Positions 48,011 to 60,075 are shown, counted from the first letter of the whole stretch. The stretch: DNA of 63,858 nt, filler included, from Octopus bimaculoides (GCF_001194135.2; 5 parts of 3 records of this genome joined end to end with filler, not necessarily neighbours in it), one strand, 5' to 3'. Numbers and translations are program-made. The notes: generated by a model not told the origin, from the letters alone.

Positions 48011-50691
48011 CATCATCATTGTTTAACATCCATTTTCCATGCTGGCATGGGTTGGACAGTTCGACTGGGATCTGGGAAGCCAGGAGGCTGCCCCAGGCCC
48101 CATTCTGATCTGGCAGTGTTTTTACAGCTAGATGCCCTTCCTAACACCAACCAATCGAGAGGATAGTTGGTGCTTTTTACGCGCCACCAGCACACGGGCC
48201 AGGGGAGCTGGCATTGACCACAATCAGATAGTGCTATTTATGTGCCACCAGCACAAAAGCCAGTCAAGGTGGCATTGTCATTGGCCACGTTTGGATGGTG
48301 CTTTTTATGTGACACCGGCACAGGGGTCACAACTACAATTTCCATTTGATTGTAATTTGATTTGATTTTGATGTTGATGTACTTGATGCCAAAGGTCTCC
48401 TCAAGTATCGCATGTCGCTCTACAATCCAAAGTACTTTTGAGTGGGCTGGTTATGTGACACTGGTGTGGTTACAGCTGTGAACTCACTTTATTTGCCGGG
48501 TCTTCTCAGTCCCTGCCTCTGTAAGGCCCAACGTTTGAAGGTCATGCTTCACCACCTCATCCCATGTCTTCCTGGTTCTCTCTCTACCCCGAATTCCTTC
48601 CACTGTTTGGGAGTGGCACTTCTTCACACAACTCTCCTCATCCATCCGTAGTACATGACCATACCAGCACATACATCTCTCTTGCATGCCACATCCTATG
48701 CTTCTTATGTCTAACATTTCTCTCAGGGCGCTCACATTCTGCGGATCATGCCAGCTTCATTTCTTTCGAGCCAACGCATGTCTTCACCACTCACGGCGCA
48801 TGTTTTACTGCCATGAAGCATGGCAGTTCGCACACATGCATCATACAATCTACCTTTCACTCTGAGCGAGAAGCCCTTTGTTACCAGTTGGGGTACAAGC
48901 TTTCTGAACTTTGCCCAGACTATTTTTATTCTAGTGGTAACACTCTCTGAGCATCCACCCCAACAACAGGTAGCGGAAGCTATCAACCACTACTAGTTTC
49001 TCCCCCTGGTATGTGATGAAATCTGTTTTCTGAGCACCTGTGGTGTTTATTGCCCCTGTGCATTGGCCGCACATGAAAGCTATCTTCCTTTGATGTTGCT
49101 GCATCTCTTATATGTCCATAGCTTACACTGGGTACATCTTATGGCGTTTCTCCATACACCTTTTCTACAGATCGAGCAGGGCCACCTACCTGAAGGGCTG
49201 TGCGATGTGTTCGCCTTCCTACTTAATAGAATTTTTTTTCTTTGCAACATTGACTCTAAGGCCCTTCAATTCTAAACTTTGCTTCCACACCTGAAATTTC
49301 TTCTCTAGTTCTAGTAGTGATCCTGCTATGAAGGCCAGATCTTCAGCATAGATGAGCTCCCAGGTGCAACCTGTCTTGAATTCCTTTGTTATTGCCTGGA
49401 GGACTATGATAAATAGGAGGGGGCTGAGGACTGAATCTTGGTGAACCCCTACCTCTAACAGGAATTCTTCACTGTACTCGTTGCCAACCCTCACCTTACT
49501 GACAGCGTCCCTGTATATGGCTTGCACAGCTCTCACTAATCATTCTTCTATCCCTAGTTTCCTCATTGACCACCAGATAAGGGATCGGGGGACCCTATCA
49601 AAGGCATTCTCCAAGTCAACAAAAGCTAATATAGGGGTTTATCTTTGGCTAGGTTTTTCTCCTACAGTTGCTGTACCAGGAATATAGCATCAGTGGTGCT
49701 TCTACCTGGCATAAAACTGAACTTTATCTCATCTAAGCAGACTCTCTCCTTCAGAATATGTGCCTACCTGTCTATGTGTGCATCATTAAAACTTGAGAAC
49801 TAACCAACAAATTTCATTCAAGTTTTTCACAATGAAATCCAGTGTTCCATCTGATAGCAGGATATCTCTAGCAGGTGTCTATTATTAACCTCTGTGAGTG
49901 GCAGAGAAAAAAGTTCGTTTGATGGACTGTATCTGTCATTAAAAATGACAAGCCTTTTGACACAGTCTCTGATTCGATCCGAGAGGAAAGCAGTTCTGCT
50001 GACGGAACATTAATGGTCGAAACTGACGGAAATAATTTTTTTTTTTAACCTACATAAATGTAATACAATGAAAATACTTACATTTCAACAGTCGTGAATC
50101 TTGTTCAAGCTTTAATCTTTCAATATTCCATTGCTTTAATCGGTTCTTATTTTTGCAGGTTGCTGAACGCTTTGGTAAAGGTAACCCGATATTTATATCG
50201 GGGTTTAATACAGGATCTTTTTTCTTAATCTCTGACAGAAGCACAAATGAAGAGAAAAGAAACTGTAAGTAGCTTCATAGATAAATATCTGCTCAAAAGA
50301 AATTAAGTGACACAACAGTCTCGATTACTGCTCCATTTATACCGATAATTTAATAAGATAATAATGAATTGCAGAAATCGTAATTGCAATAAATCAGATA
50401 TAAATATTGTATTCTTCATTCTTAATTGTTATGATTAAGAATAATTAAAAATAATAAATTATTGAGAGAAAAGAAAAAAATAACCTTTGTTGACATTGTT
50501 GATTGAAAACATAATAACGTAAGATCGAGTGAAGTTTTCAATTTACCTTTCATACGATCTTCAAATGTCAATATTGGTTGTGTTGGTCTTGTATATAAAG
50601 ACGATATTCTGGAAGCAATCGGTGAAAGACGACCAAATAAACGGATTTTCCCCAAATTCTTCCTCAAAGTCGCAGCCATCGTCATTGACAT
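32521..50691 (-). CDS. MRPL38: Mitochondrial ribosomal protein L38 (mL38, PEBP family), multi-exon gene; 7 exons found, about 336 aa
   Basis: The manually spliced exons join in frame with GT-AG sites. Motifs HYGIYRDLF, VYNGN.ILPSE, FWSLILTSPDEHL, EYLHWF, PPFPLKGTGFHRYVFLLYKQ, RTF...DFYKK, FFQSEWDKSV and MPEPSFEF...YHPKEKKWPHKKPF match the mL38 family as I recall it. The N-terminus is R/K/S/L-rich and acid-free, like a mitochondrial presequence. Confidence 0.95.
32525..32612 (-). CDS. MRPL38: MRPL38 exon 7 (EMPEPSFEFIYPVRYHPKEKKWPHKKPFN)
   Basis: Absent from the ORF track. Acceptor ttttttag|, 88 nt, phase 1-2, followed by gtaagt; read-through gives AAG TAA (stop at 32521). Confidence 0.92.
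33015..33245 (+). mobile_element. Mariner transposase C-terminal remnant
   Basis: Degenerate HPPYSPD..SD.HLFHSLKN.FDGKKY..EYFSS..FWKRG..LPDRW..IVENEGEY. Confidence 0.75.
33396..33608. mobile_element. Short element with about 60-bp imperfect inverted arms enclosing a hammerhead-like motif
   Basis: 33396-33457 is an imperfect reverse complement of 33547-33608; internal CTGAAGA..GAAAC..GTC. Confidence 0.55.
34450..34586 (-). CDS. MRPL38: MRPL38 exon 6 (KSLEERTFKNLDFYKKFEDDLTPVSLQFFQSEWDKSVTQVFHDIL)
   Basis: Long polypyrimidine acceptor tttttcag|, donor |gtgagt, 137 nt, phase 2-1. Confidence 0.95.
35771..37503 (-). mobile_element. RTE-clade LINE, 5'-truncated, in MRPL38 intron 5
   Basis: RT motifs F.NMEKTFDRV, VGVHQSSVLSPLLF and LLYADDL; C-terminal RLHWYGHV..GRGRHRKTW; 3' UTR and (GAT)n tail; frameshifted. 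Confidence 0.93.
38025..38200 (+). mobile_element. SINE with a conserved central domain (catcctttcggggt.gat.aaataagtaccag)
   Basis: Related minus-strand copies at about 12060-12200, 62560-62760 and 62860-62990. Confidence 0.7.
39176..39334 (-). CDS. MRPL38: MRPL38 exon 5 (GNIPNDQIENGEVICNYFPPFPLKGTGFHRYVFLLYKQNKKLDFSSELRPPN)
   Basis: Acceptor ttttccaacag|, donor |gtatgt, 159 nt, phase 2-2; PEBP G.G.HR motif. Confidence 0.95.
40110..41995 (+). mobile_element. Decayed CR1/L2-group LINE ORF2 (APE endonuclease plus RT N-terminal part) in MRPL38 intron 4
   Basis: DRKDRSHGGI, TYRLPD, GDF.LP, LDLCFSNN, SDHN, NYRPIS and VIYLDF motifs in broken frames. Confidence 0.85.
42968..43098 (-). CDS. MRPL38: MRPL38 exon 4 (ASVVPYIKLNLPSEEKDSSFWSLILTSPDEHLQDNTMEYLHWF)
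   Basis: Absent from the ORF track; translated by hand. Acceptor tctaatag|, donor |gtaagt, 131 nt, phase 0-2; PEBP-type 'LILTSPD..EYLHW' motif. Confidence 0.93.
46127..46335 (-). CDS. MRPL38: MRPL38 exon 3 (LEIDPEKVKEE...HYGIYRDLF...VYNGNKILPSE)
   Basis: Acceptor tattttag|, donor |gtaagt, 209 nt, phase 1-0. Confidence 0.95.
46850..47690 (-). mobile_element. Gypsy/Ty3 integrase remnant in MRPL38 intron 2
   Basis: Manual translation EYSRFHFAIPCGDTTT..IFSVFSMPSYVQSD..FMSEEL.GWLHSKNIATS; C-terminal HIQYPDD.ENNVLLCDLAP and RQPPVQL*. Confidence 0.8.
48009..49790 (-). mobile_element. RTE-clade LINE, 5'-truncated, in MRPL38 intron 2
   Basis: STTDAIFLVQQL, AFVDLENAFDR, VGVHQDSVLSPLLF and LIYAEDL; 3' UTR and (GAT)n tail; paralogous to 35771-37503. 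Confidence 0.93.
50082..50231 (-). CDS. MRPL38: MRPL38 exon 2 (EIKKKDPVLNPDINIGLPLPKRS...EQDSRLLK)
   Basis: Acceptor cttctgtcag|, donor |gtaagt, 150 nt, phase 1-1. Confidence 0.9.
50547..50691 (-). CDS. MRPL38: MRPL38 exon 1 (MSMTMAATLRKNLGKIRLFGRLSPIASRISSLYTRPTQPILTFEDRMK); likely start at 50679 (MAAT)
   Basis: Three in-frame ATGs (50691, 50685, 50679); donor AAAG|GTAAAT, phase 1. Confidence 0.85.
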
Positions 50692-50893
50692 AAGGACAGA
50701 TAACTCTTGCTAGCTTAAAACATTATTTTAACTTCTTTCATTAGAAATTTCCATAAGGAAGATAATGTTAGTGCCCCTCCTTCTTTTGGGTTCCCCTATC
50801 TTGTAGGAAATGTAATGGGTTAGTTAAAAGGTCACCTTTTTTAGCATCTCCATCTATCAATCTTACATTTATCATCTTATTCAACATTTTATA

Positions 50894-51024
50894 TCGGATC
50901 TTGTTCAAAACGGGGGCACCAGTATTTTCTTAATAAGTATACGAAGTTTGAAAGTCTTTCGGTACCAAAAACACTACATAAAACATAAATGAAAACTGGT
51001 GCCCCCGTTTTGAACAAGATCCGA
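50894..51024. mobile_element. Small MITE-like element with perfect 30-bp TIRs in the MRPL38 promoter region
   Basis: tcggatcttgttcaaaacgggggcaccagt (50894-50923) and its exact reverse complement (50995-51024). Confidence 0.8.
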
Positions 51025-52130
51025 ATGTATTCAATAATGATTAAAATAAAATCGTAATAAGGAAAAATAATTCAAAACAAACCACACTTATTCTCCATCA
51101 GTGAGAAAACCTAACAAGGGAACGAACTCTTGGATTACCAAATAATTCAAAATCAGTTTTTGATATTGGAATCCGTTTTAGAGTAAAACAACCTTTGTTA
51201 CATATACAGTTGTCGCTAATATGGTAACGAAGGCTTTAGGTAGGATTAAGCATAATTTATAATCTGATCAAGTTGTTGGTTTGTTGTAATCGTATTTACT
51301 GAGTATACAAANNNNNNNNNNNNNNNNNNNNNNNNNNNNNNNNNNNNNNNNNNNNNNNNNNNNNNNNNNNNNNNNNNNNNNNNNNNNNNNNNNNNNNNNN
51401 NNNNNNNNNNNNNNNNNNNNNNNNNNNNNNNNNNNNNNNNNNNNNNNNNNNNNNNNNNNNNNNNNNNNNNNNNNNNNNNNNNNNNNNNNNNNNNNNNNNN
51501 NNNNNNNNNNNNNNNNNNNNNNNNNNNNNNNNNNNNNNNNNNNNNNNNNNNNNNNNNNNNNNNNNNNNNNNNNNNNNNNNNNNNNNNNNNNNNNNNNNNN
51601 NNNNNNNNNNNNNNNNNNNNNNNNNNNNNNNNNNNNNNNNNNNNNNNNNNNNNNNNNNNNNNNNNNNNNNNNNNNNNNNNNNNNNNNNNNNNNNNNNNNN
51701 NNNNNNNNNNNNNNNNNNNNNNNNNNNNNNNNNNNNNNNNNNNNNNNNNNNNNNNNNNNNNNNNNNNNNNNNNNNNNNNNNNNNNNNNNNNNNNNNNNNN
51801 NNNNNNNNNNNNNNNNNNNNNNNNNNNNNNNNNNNNNNNNNNNNNNNNNNNNNNNNNNNNNNNNNNNNNNNNNNNNNNNNNNNNNNNNNNNNNNNNNNNN
51901 NNNNNNNNNNNNNNNNNNNNNNNNNNNNNNNNNNNNNNNNNNNNNNNNNNNNNNNNNNNNNNNNNNNNNNNNNNNNNNNNNNNNNNNNNNNNNNNNNNNN
52001 NNNNNNNNNNNNNNNNNNNNNNNNNNNNNNNNNNNNNNNNNNNNNNNNNNNNNNNNNNNNNNNNNNNNNNNNNNNNNNNNNNNNNNNNNNNNNNNNNNNN
52101 NNNNNNNNNNNNNNNNNNNNNNNNNNNNNC

Positions 52131-52811
52131 AAGAAGTTGAACACACAGCATCTTGCCGATATCTGCGCCTTTGTCATTTGGGGCCGTCAAAGCACATTGA
52201 TCTAAGAAAGAATGTGTGGTGTGATGGAGGAAAAAAGACAACAAGAAGCAAAAGGACAGAATGAAACGTTGTACCTTACCTTGTCGACCGCAGCGGAGTA
52301 CACGATCGCTCCTGATCAGAACACGTCTTTCTCGTAACCTCTCTGTTTTCTGACTGACCCCACGTGCTAGCCTTCGACCGCGTGTCGCCGACTTCCGGTC
52401 TGGCTTCACTTCTGTTTGCCTCACCTCTCTCCACCACAACACACGCCCCTCTGATCTATAGATCATTCAACCGGCTCTCCCACTCACTGTGCGACCCCGG
52501 GATTGGCCTGAGTTCCTGGCGCGCTGCCTTCATCATCTTGCCTACTGCTACTGTCTTCATCATCCTGCCCACTGCAGCTGGTTCCATCCTCTGAAGCACT
52601 GACAATCTTCCGCACATCCAAAACATGGCGTGGCATACCATCGACTGAGACGTTGTTCTTTGAATTGATGGAGGTTATAGTTCCTTTCCCCCACTGTGAT
52701 GTGCACCGTGCATTTTGGGGTTTTACCCAAACTTCTTCCCCGATCTGCACGAAGGTGTGCTCTTCTTCTCCCCGGAGTCGCATTGATGCAATACACAGGT
52801 GCCTCCACTCG
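52131..52811 (-). mobile_element. Gypsy LTR retrotransposon 3' end (integrase C-terminus, PPT, 3' LTR), bounded by gaps
   Basis: EWRH..GEEVWVKPQNARCTSQWGKGTITSINSKNNVSVDGMPRHVLDVR; PPT agaggggcg followed by TG at about 52443. Confidence 0.85.
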
Positions 52812-53883
52812 NNNNNNNNNNNNNNNNNNNNNNNNNNNNNNNNNNNNNNNNNNNNTTAATTAATTAANNNNNNNNNNNNNNNNNNNNNNNNNNNNNNNNN
52901 NNNNNNNNNNNATGTATATATATATGTATATATATATAATTATATATATATTTATATATTTATATATGTATATATATATATATTTATATGTATATATATA
53001 TACATATATATGTATGTATGTATGTACATATGTTCACTCACGCACACATACATATATCCGTATAGATATAGACAGATATCTATGCACACACACACACATA
53101 TGTATTAAGATACTCACCTAAGGTGGCGTATGTGTGATATCTATGTTACAACGACTTTGAGCAGAAATCTATTTCCACCTATCTTTGTTAAGGTAGCTTT
53201 AATAGTTATCACAAAGAAATATAAAGAGATTACGTGTCTGGCTCTTTACAGTTTGCTAAATATGACATCTTGGTTGTTCAGATAAAGTTTAAACTATTTC
53301 GGGTGTATAATTGTGAAAAAACTTCACATCGTAATCTTTATGATCAGGTTTGAGCAAATATCATTTACCATACCATTGATCGACCGAAGCTTTGTGAAAG
53401 ATATTGGGTAGATGAAAATGGTATAAAAGACAATTGGGTGGTTTGTACCTGTATTTCAAAGGACCAGCCTTGCTCTTTGCTCGTTCTATATGAAAATTAC
53501 GTGAAGGATACATGGGTACATTAAAATTCAATGAGTGGACATTTCCGATGATCGAATTACTGGATTAAACACCAAAGTCGATATAAGATATATTGATGTT
53601 TTCATCTTTACTTCTAGAAGGGATAAATGTGATATGTTTGTTTCATAGGAGTCACACTGCGTACCTTCACTTACGTTGTTACATGAACGTCATACAATCT
53701 TTTATTTCTCTGCCCTTATAAATATTTGTATGATCTTGGGCCTAAGTTGCTGGTCAGATATAGAAGTAAAAAAACAAACCAAAACATACATTTACGTTTG
53801 GTTGTGTCAAGATCAAAATCACTTGAACTGGTTGGCATCTTCTGCTGATAAATTCCTCTGCACATTTTGGCATTTGTGCAGCG

Positions 53884-53922
<39 letters not shown>

Positions 53923-54189
53923 CGTTCTGAATAGGATATTTGACATGTTTTCACCAGGAATGTGATAGAAGTGAATTAATAACTTAGATTTCAGAAACGT
54001 AACGAGATTAATAGTAATAAAAGTTGAAATAGTTGCAACGGCTTGATAACAGTTACATTATAGAACAGAAAGACATAACTTCCTGTTCTCTTACAGCAGA
54101 AAGACATTCCCCCAACAAAACGGTTGTAACATATTACTTCTATGTGAATTATTGTAATATAGAGCATAGAGACAGGTCTCAACTCGGGT

Positions 54190-54440
54190 ATCGCCACCCA
54201 TAACACCGAGGAGCGAAAAGTAAACAAATACAGGAGCCTGACCGGCCGCTATCAGTTTGTACCAGTCACCGTTGAGACCTTAGGTTTTCTCGGACACCGC
54301 GCTGTCGATTGCATCTGTAAAATCGGGGTAACTGCGGCCCGTCCGAGAAATGGGCCCTGCGATTTGGGGTGACTGCTGCAACGAGTGTCACTGGCCATTT
54401 TCTGCGACAATCCCATGGCGATCATCCACAGGACGCGGCT
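54190..54440 (+). mobile_element. CRE-like non-LTR retrotransposon C-terminal (RLE) fragment
   Basis: TEERKVNKYRSLTGRYQFVPVTVETLGFLG..LLQRVSLAI resembles the AE.RK..KY..L..F.P.A.ET.G..QR.S.A motif. Confidence 0.7.
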
Positions 54441-56582
54441 GAATACACCATTTGTCATGGGGTGTACTCCTTCCATCCCATCTTCTGCTGTTCAAGCCCC
54501 CACCGTCTTTCCTTTTGTTGTAATTTTTTTCCAACACTTTAACAGATTATAAAGTAGCTTTATTTCTGCAGATCACACCTCAAATTACAACATTAAAAAA
54601 AAAAAACAGAAAAAAAGAGAAGAAAAAAGAGGGCTGGGTGGGTAAAGTAGCATGAGATGAGGGGTGAGGGCGATGGGCCATACACCCCAGAACAAGCGGG
54701 GTGCTCAGCTATGTCCTGCAGTAATGACCGCAATGGCGTTGCCTCGGAGAATGGGTAGCGATACTGGCTGCAGCAGCCACTCCACCTCGCGTGGCTTTTA
54801 AATTGTGATTTAATCTGTATGTAAATAAAACTAATTCATAACAGTTGGAAGCAGGAAGATATAAAAAGACGCAAGCCTCAATCATAAGCCAGTGTCTATG
54901 TCGAAAACGAGGTTTTATAGTCTCTGTTAAGAAGGTTGCAAGACGTTTGATGATTAATGACATTACAGCCGTGACCATCAAATCTTTCTTCAGGTGTATT
55001 ATGTTTGTTGTAGACAAGTAGACTTAATCCTTCTCACAGTTAAAGACTATCCATCGAACGGTTTAACACCAACATCTGACTCTTCGGTGCATTTTGTGGA
55101 GTCCACTTCGTTGGAAGCGTTTAAGCCAACTCACTGGTTTTCCACCATCGCGATAAAATGTAAAAATATTCCTCCATTTTCTTAAAAAGTCTGATGAGTT
55201 ATAAATACTGTGATATATGATTCTTCTATCGATATATCAGTGTAATATGATTCTTCTGTCGTTCCATTAATGCAATATGACTCTTCTATCGCTGTGTTAG
55301 TATAAAGGCGTCAGCTAAAGATGTCAGAAGATGGAACTGAAACATTTACGCTTATGTATTTATATATTTATGTATGTATATACACACATATAATTGTTGT
55401 TGTTGCTGCTGCTGCTGATGATTTCAAAGCTAATTTGGTGTAGAGCTATCGCGGCCATTCAGTAATCGGCAGAGAGGTGTTTCGATTTCCACTGGTGATT
55501 CTGTCCCACTTTTAGAACATTGATTTTGAAGAGTCGCTGGAGCTTCGGACAAAAGGCCTCGTGGTATTTAGCTACGACCATTTACGTTCTGTGTTCAAAT
55601 GCCATCAAAGTCAACTTTCTCTTTTATTCCTTTAGGGTAGATAAAATAAAGTACGAGTCAAGTGCTAGTGTGTGTATGTGGGTTTGAGTGTGGGGGTGAT
55701 TTAATCGAGTAACTCACTCACCTCAAAGTTGCTGGCCTTGTGACTAAATCAGAAACTATTAAAAGGAAAAAAAAGAAGCGGCAATAATTCATGGAGTTTA
55801 CTGTACATGAGTAGCCCCGGATACAAGTCTGGAGTCGTAAAATATCACCCTTCAGCATTGCCATGAGTTAAGTCCCAAGAACCTCCTGTCCCAGTTTCAG
55901 TCGGCAGAGAGAATGAGAATTATCAACAACAACAACAACATCAGCAACAATAAATAAATTACAAGGAAGCCTCCTTCTCGCAGCATCATCATCCCAATTA
56001 CAAGGATGGAGAACAAACAGAGGCCACAGGGACTGGCAGGCTTGTTAAAACACGGAAAATGACTTAATGAAAGCGATGGTGAAAGGTAATAAAACTGCGC
56101 GTGGAGGACGCATTTTGGTCGGTGAGAAGACAACTTCCTATTAAGTAGAGTCTATCTCTCATAAAGAAGAGCATCTCTGTAGCAAGGAGAAGTCATTTGT
56201 CTCCTATGAAAGCAATGAGGAGGAATCATTTCCAGTCCGATAGGAATGTCTTCACAGCTACTCGAAAGTCCAATGAAAATGTAATAGAATACGTACATGA
56301 ACTGCAATTTGAAGGAAGACTAACAATTAGTTATAGCGACTCCAATACTTTACTAATACATTTTCCTATCGAAGAATGAAAGACAAAGATGACCGTGGTG
56401 ATGGGATTTGGACTCAGAGATCCGAAACCAACGCTATTAAACGTTTCGTAACTATCCAATGGATCCATCGCCCTTCTTTCTGAAAATGTATTACACAGCA
56501 AGTACAAAACAGTTTGAGCAAAAACAGAAAGCGGTGTTCAATGATATGATCGTACTTGTTCAAATGTTTAGCTTTGAATATA

Positions 56583-56860
56583 ACAAAGATGTTCTGAGGA
56601 AAATCATTGGAGCTTCCTTCCAGTTTATAAAGGAGTTCTACCATACCCACAGTTTGACAAATGCATTCAGGATCGTGTTTCAATAGTCACTCAGTTACAT
56701 TCCTTCCAACTGGTAGATGTTATTGAAACACGATCTTGAGTGCATTTGTCAAGTTATGAGTATGGTTGGTCTCCTTTATAAATTGGAGTGAAACTCTCAT
56801 GATTTCCTTTGAGAATTGGTGTAGAGTAGTTAACATATTTTCTTCAGAACATCTTCCAGT
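56583..56860. repeat. Diverged inverted repeat (about 100-bp arms, about 34-nt loop)
   Basis: 56609-56686 pairs with 56720-56800 and extends with an indel. Confidence 0.75.
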
Positions 56861-57568
56861 TATATTCATGTTTACTCTGCATGCACTGTTCAAGCTAAAC
56901 TGAATTTGTCTCGCCTAGTTTCCGAACAATAAACAACACGAGAACTGCCACGTTCTTTTACCAACCTATCAAAAGCTAACTACAACATAGTAGATCAGTA
57001 TGCTCTCAGTTGTGGACTAGTATAAATTAGTGAGAATTTGAGCATGAAGTCTTGTTTACCTTAGCGGCTTAAGGCTGTACAGACAGTGCTGAATTTGTTT
57101 TTCACCAGGGTATTAGTATTATGTAGTCATGACACATAATCTATGATGTAAAGAACTCGCTCAACTTGGTAAATGAAACTTCTTCAAGTCACTGTTGAAT
57201 GATTGGTTGTTTCCCGTGCACTACCTCACTAATGTCTGAACCTTCTTCCCGAAGAAATTAAGTCAATTACTGAGGATTTGTACGGAAATTTTGATGTTGT
57301 TAGGCGAGAATGAAATCACGTGTAAAAAGAGGAAGGAATGAAAGGCAGAAATTAGACAGAAGATGAATAGATTCAGATAAATAACAGGGTGTGCAATATT
57401 CATTTATTCTTTTACCTGTTTCAGTTATTGGACTATGGCAATGATGGGAAACCGCCTTGAAGTTGTTTAGTCACTCAAATCAACGCCATTACATATTTTT
57501 TCGAGTCTGATATTTACGCTGTCGGATACTTTTCACGGATCGCTAAGTTACAGGGACGTAAACAAACC

Positions 57569-57614
<46 letters not shown>

Positions 57615-57684
57615 NNNNNNNNNNNNNNNNNNNNNNNNNNNNNNNNNNNNNNNNNNNNNNNNNNNNNNNNNNNNNNNNNNNNNN

Positions 57685-57734
<50 letters not shown>

Positions 57735-57939
57735 TAGCAATAATTATAACGAAATAGAATACGGAGACTTGTTCATCCTCAAAATTTATTTCCTCTTATC
57801 TTACAATTTTATAAAATTATGAAACAGGAGAAAATAAATTTTGAGGATGAACAAGTCTCCATATTCTATATCGTTATAATTATTACTTATATATACTCCA
57901 GACAATATTACAATCCAGTGAAGCGAACACACACGCAAA

Positions 57940-60075
57940 CCCACGTGCACGTGCACACACCGCCCTAACAAATGCAACACATACACACACACGCACACAT
58001 ACACGCGCGCGCACACACACACCACCCTGACAAACGTAACACACACATACACATGCACACATACACGGACACACAAACAGTGCTCTGACAAATATAACAC
58101 ACACATACACACTTGCACACACACACACACACCACCCGGATAGTTATAACATACACACACACACACATACTCACATGCACGCACACACCACCCCGACCAG
58201 AGAAAACACACACACATACATACACACATTCATTTACACGTACACACCCCCGCATCTATACGTACACCCCCGACAAACGTAACACACATACACATGCACA
58301 TGCGCGCGCACACATAGGGTGCCTTGACAAATATAACACACGCAAACACATACGCAGATACACACACACACGCACACAAATACAATACAATCCACACACG
58401 CGCGCATACACACACGCGCATACACACACGCACATACACACACGCGCATACACACACGCGCATACACACACACGCATACACACACGCACATACGCACACG
58501 CGCATACGCACACGCGCATACACACACGCACATACACACACGCGCATACACACNNNNNNNNNNNNNNNNNNNNNNNNNNNNNNNNNNNNNNNNNNNNNNN
58601 NNNNNNNNNNNNNNNNNNNNNNNNNNNNNNNNNNNNNNNNNNNNNNNNNNNNNNNNNNNNNNNNNNNNNNNNNNNNNNNNNNNNNNNNNNNNNNNNNNNN
58701 NNNNNNNNNNNNNNNNNNNNNNNNNNNNNNNNNNNNNNNNNNNNNNNNNNNNNNNNNNNNNNNNNNNNNNNNNNNNNNNNNNNNNNNNNNNNNNNNNNNN
58801 NNNNNNNNNNNNNNNNNNNNNNNNNNNNNNNNNNNNNNNNNNNNNNNNNNNNNNNNNNNNNNNNNNNNNNNNNNNNNNNNNNNNNNNNNNNNNNNNNNNN
58901 NNNNNNNNNNNNNNNNNNNNNNNNNNNNNNNNNNNNNNNNNNNNNNNNNNNNNNNNNNNNNNNNNNNNNNNNNNNNNNNNNNNNNNNNNNNNNNNNNNNN
59001 NNNNNNNNNNNNNNNNNNNNNNNNNNNNNNNNNNNNNNNNNNNNNNNNNNNNNNNNNNGCATACACACACGCACATACACACACGCGCATACACACACGC
59101 GCATACACACACGCACATACAGACACGCGCATACAGACACGCGCATACACACACGCGCATACACACACGCACATACAGACACGCGCATACACACAGGCGC
59201 ATACACACACGCGCATACACACATACATATAAAATATCCCCATTCCCCAGAAAAAAAAAAGCATACATTCACATGCAATACAATTTAACAGTCACAACAA
59301 ACACTCAGACACACTCATAAATACATATATATACACAGACACATACACGTACACACTTACACACACACAGACCCACACATACCGCTCTTAAAAACACACA
59401 ACACACACACATACATACACATACACATCGCCCTGAGAAATACAAATAACACACATACACACACACACATACAGATGTGCGCGCGCACACACTGTCCCGA
59501 CAAGCACCACACATACACACGCACACACACGTACACATAACTGCTCTGACAAATATAGCAGACACACATACACACGCATGCACACGTACATACACACACA
59601 CACAACCCCGATAAATAAAAAAACATACATGCACACACGCACACATACGCATACCCATGTACACACGCATACTCACGCACACACTCGCACACATGCACAC
59701 TACCCTGATAAACGTAATACACACATACACATGCATACACACGCACAAACACACACTGCCCAGACAATTATAAAACATACACACATACCTACGTGCACGC
59801 ACACACCGCCCTGACTAGAAAACACACACACATATACATACTCACATACACTTACACGCAAATACACACGCGCACACACGCGCACATACACACACATACA
59901 CACACATACACACATACACACATACATACAAACACCGCCCAGACAATTATAACACACACATACACAGACACACACGCACACATACCCACTTGCACTCACA
60001 CACCGCCCTGACCAGAAAAATACACACACACACATACATACATACATACATACACTTACACGCAAATACACACCT
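57940..60075. repeat. Complex CA-rich satellite with higher-order structure (gap inside)
   Basis: CA runs punctuated about every 50-70 bp by cc(c/t)gac/ata.. anchors; pure acacacgcgcat/acacacacgcacat arrays; duplication of about 185 bp at 59750-60070. Confidence 0.9.

Noticed and set aside
51246-52466. Long ORFs of 290-406 aa (also 15521-16034 and 58113-59288)
   Set aside because: They are open only because they cross N gaps or CA repeats.
57940-60075. CRISPR-like array
   Set aside because: The spacers are CA repeats rather than unique sequence, the anchors are variable, the context is eukaryotic and there are no cas genes.
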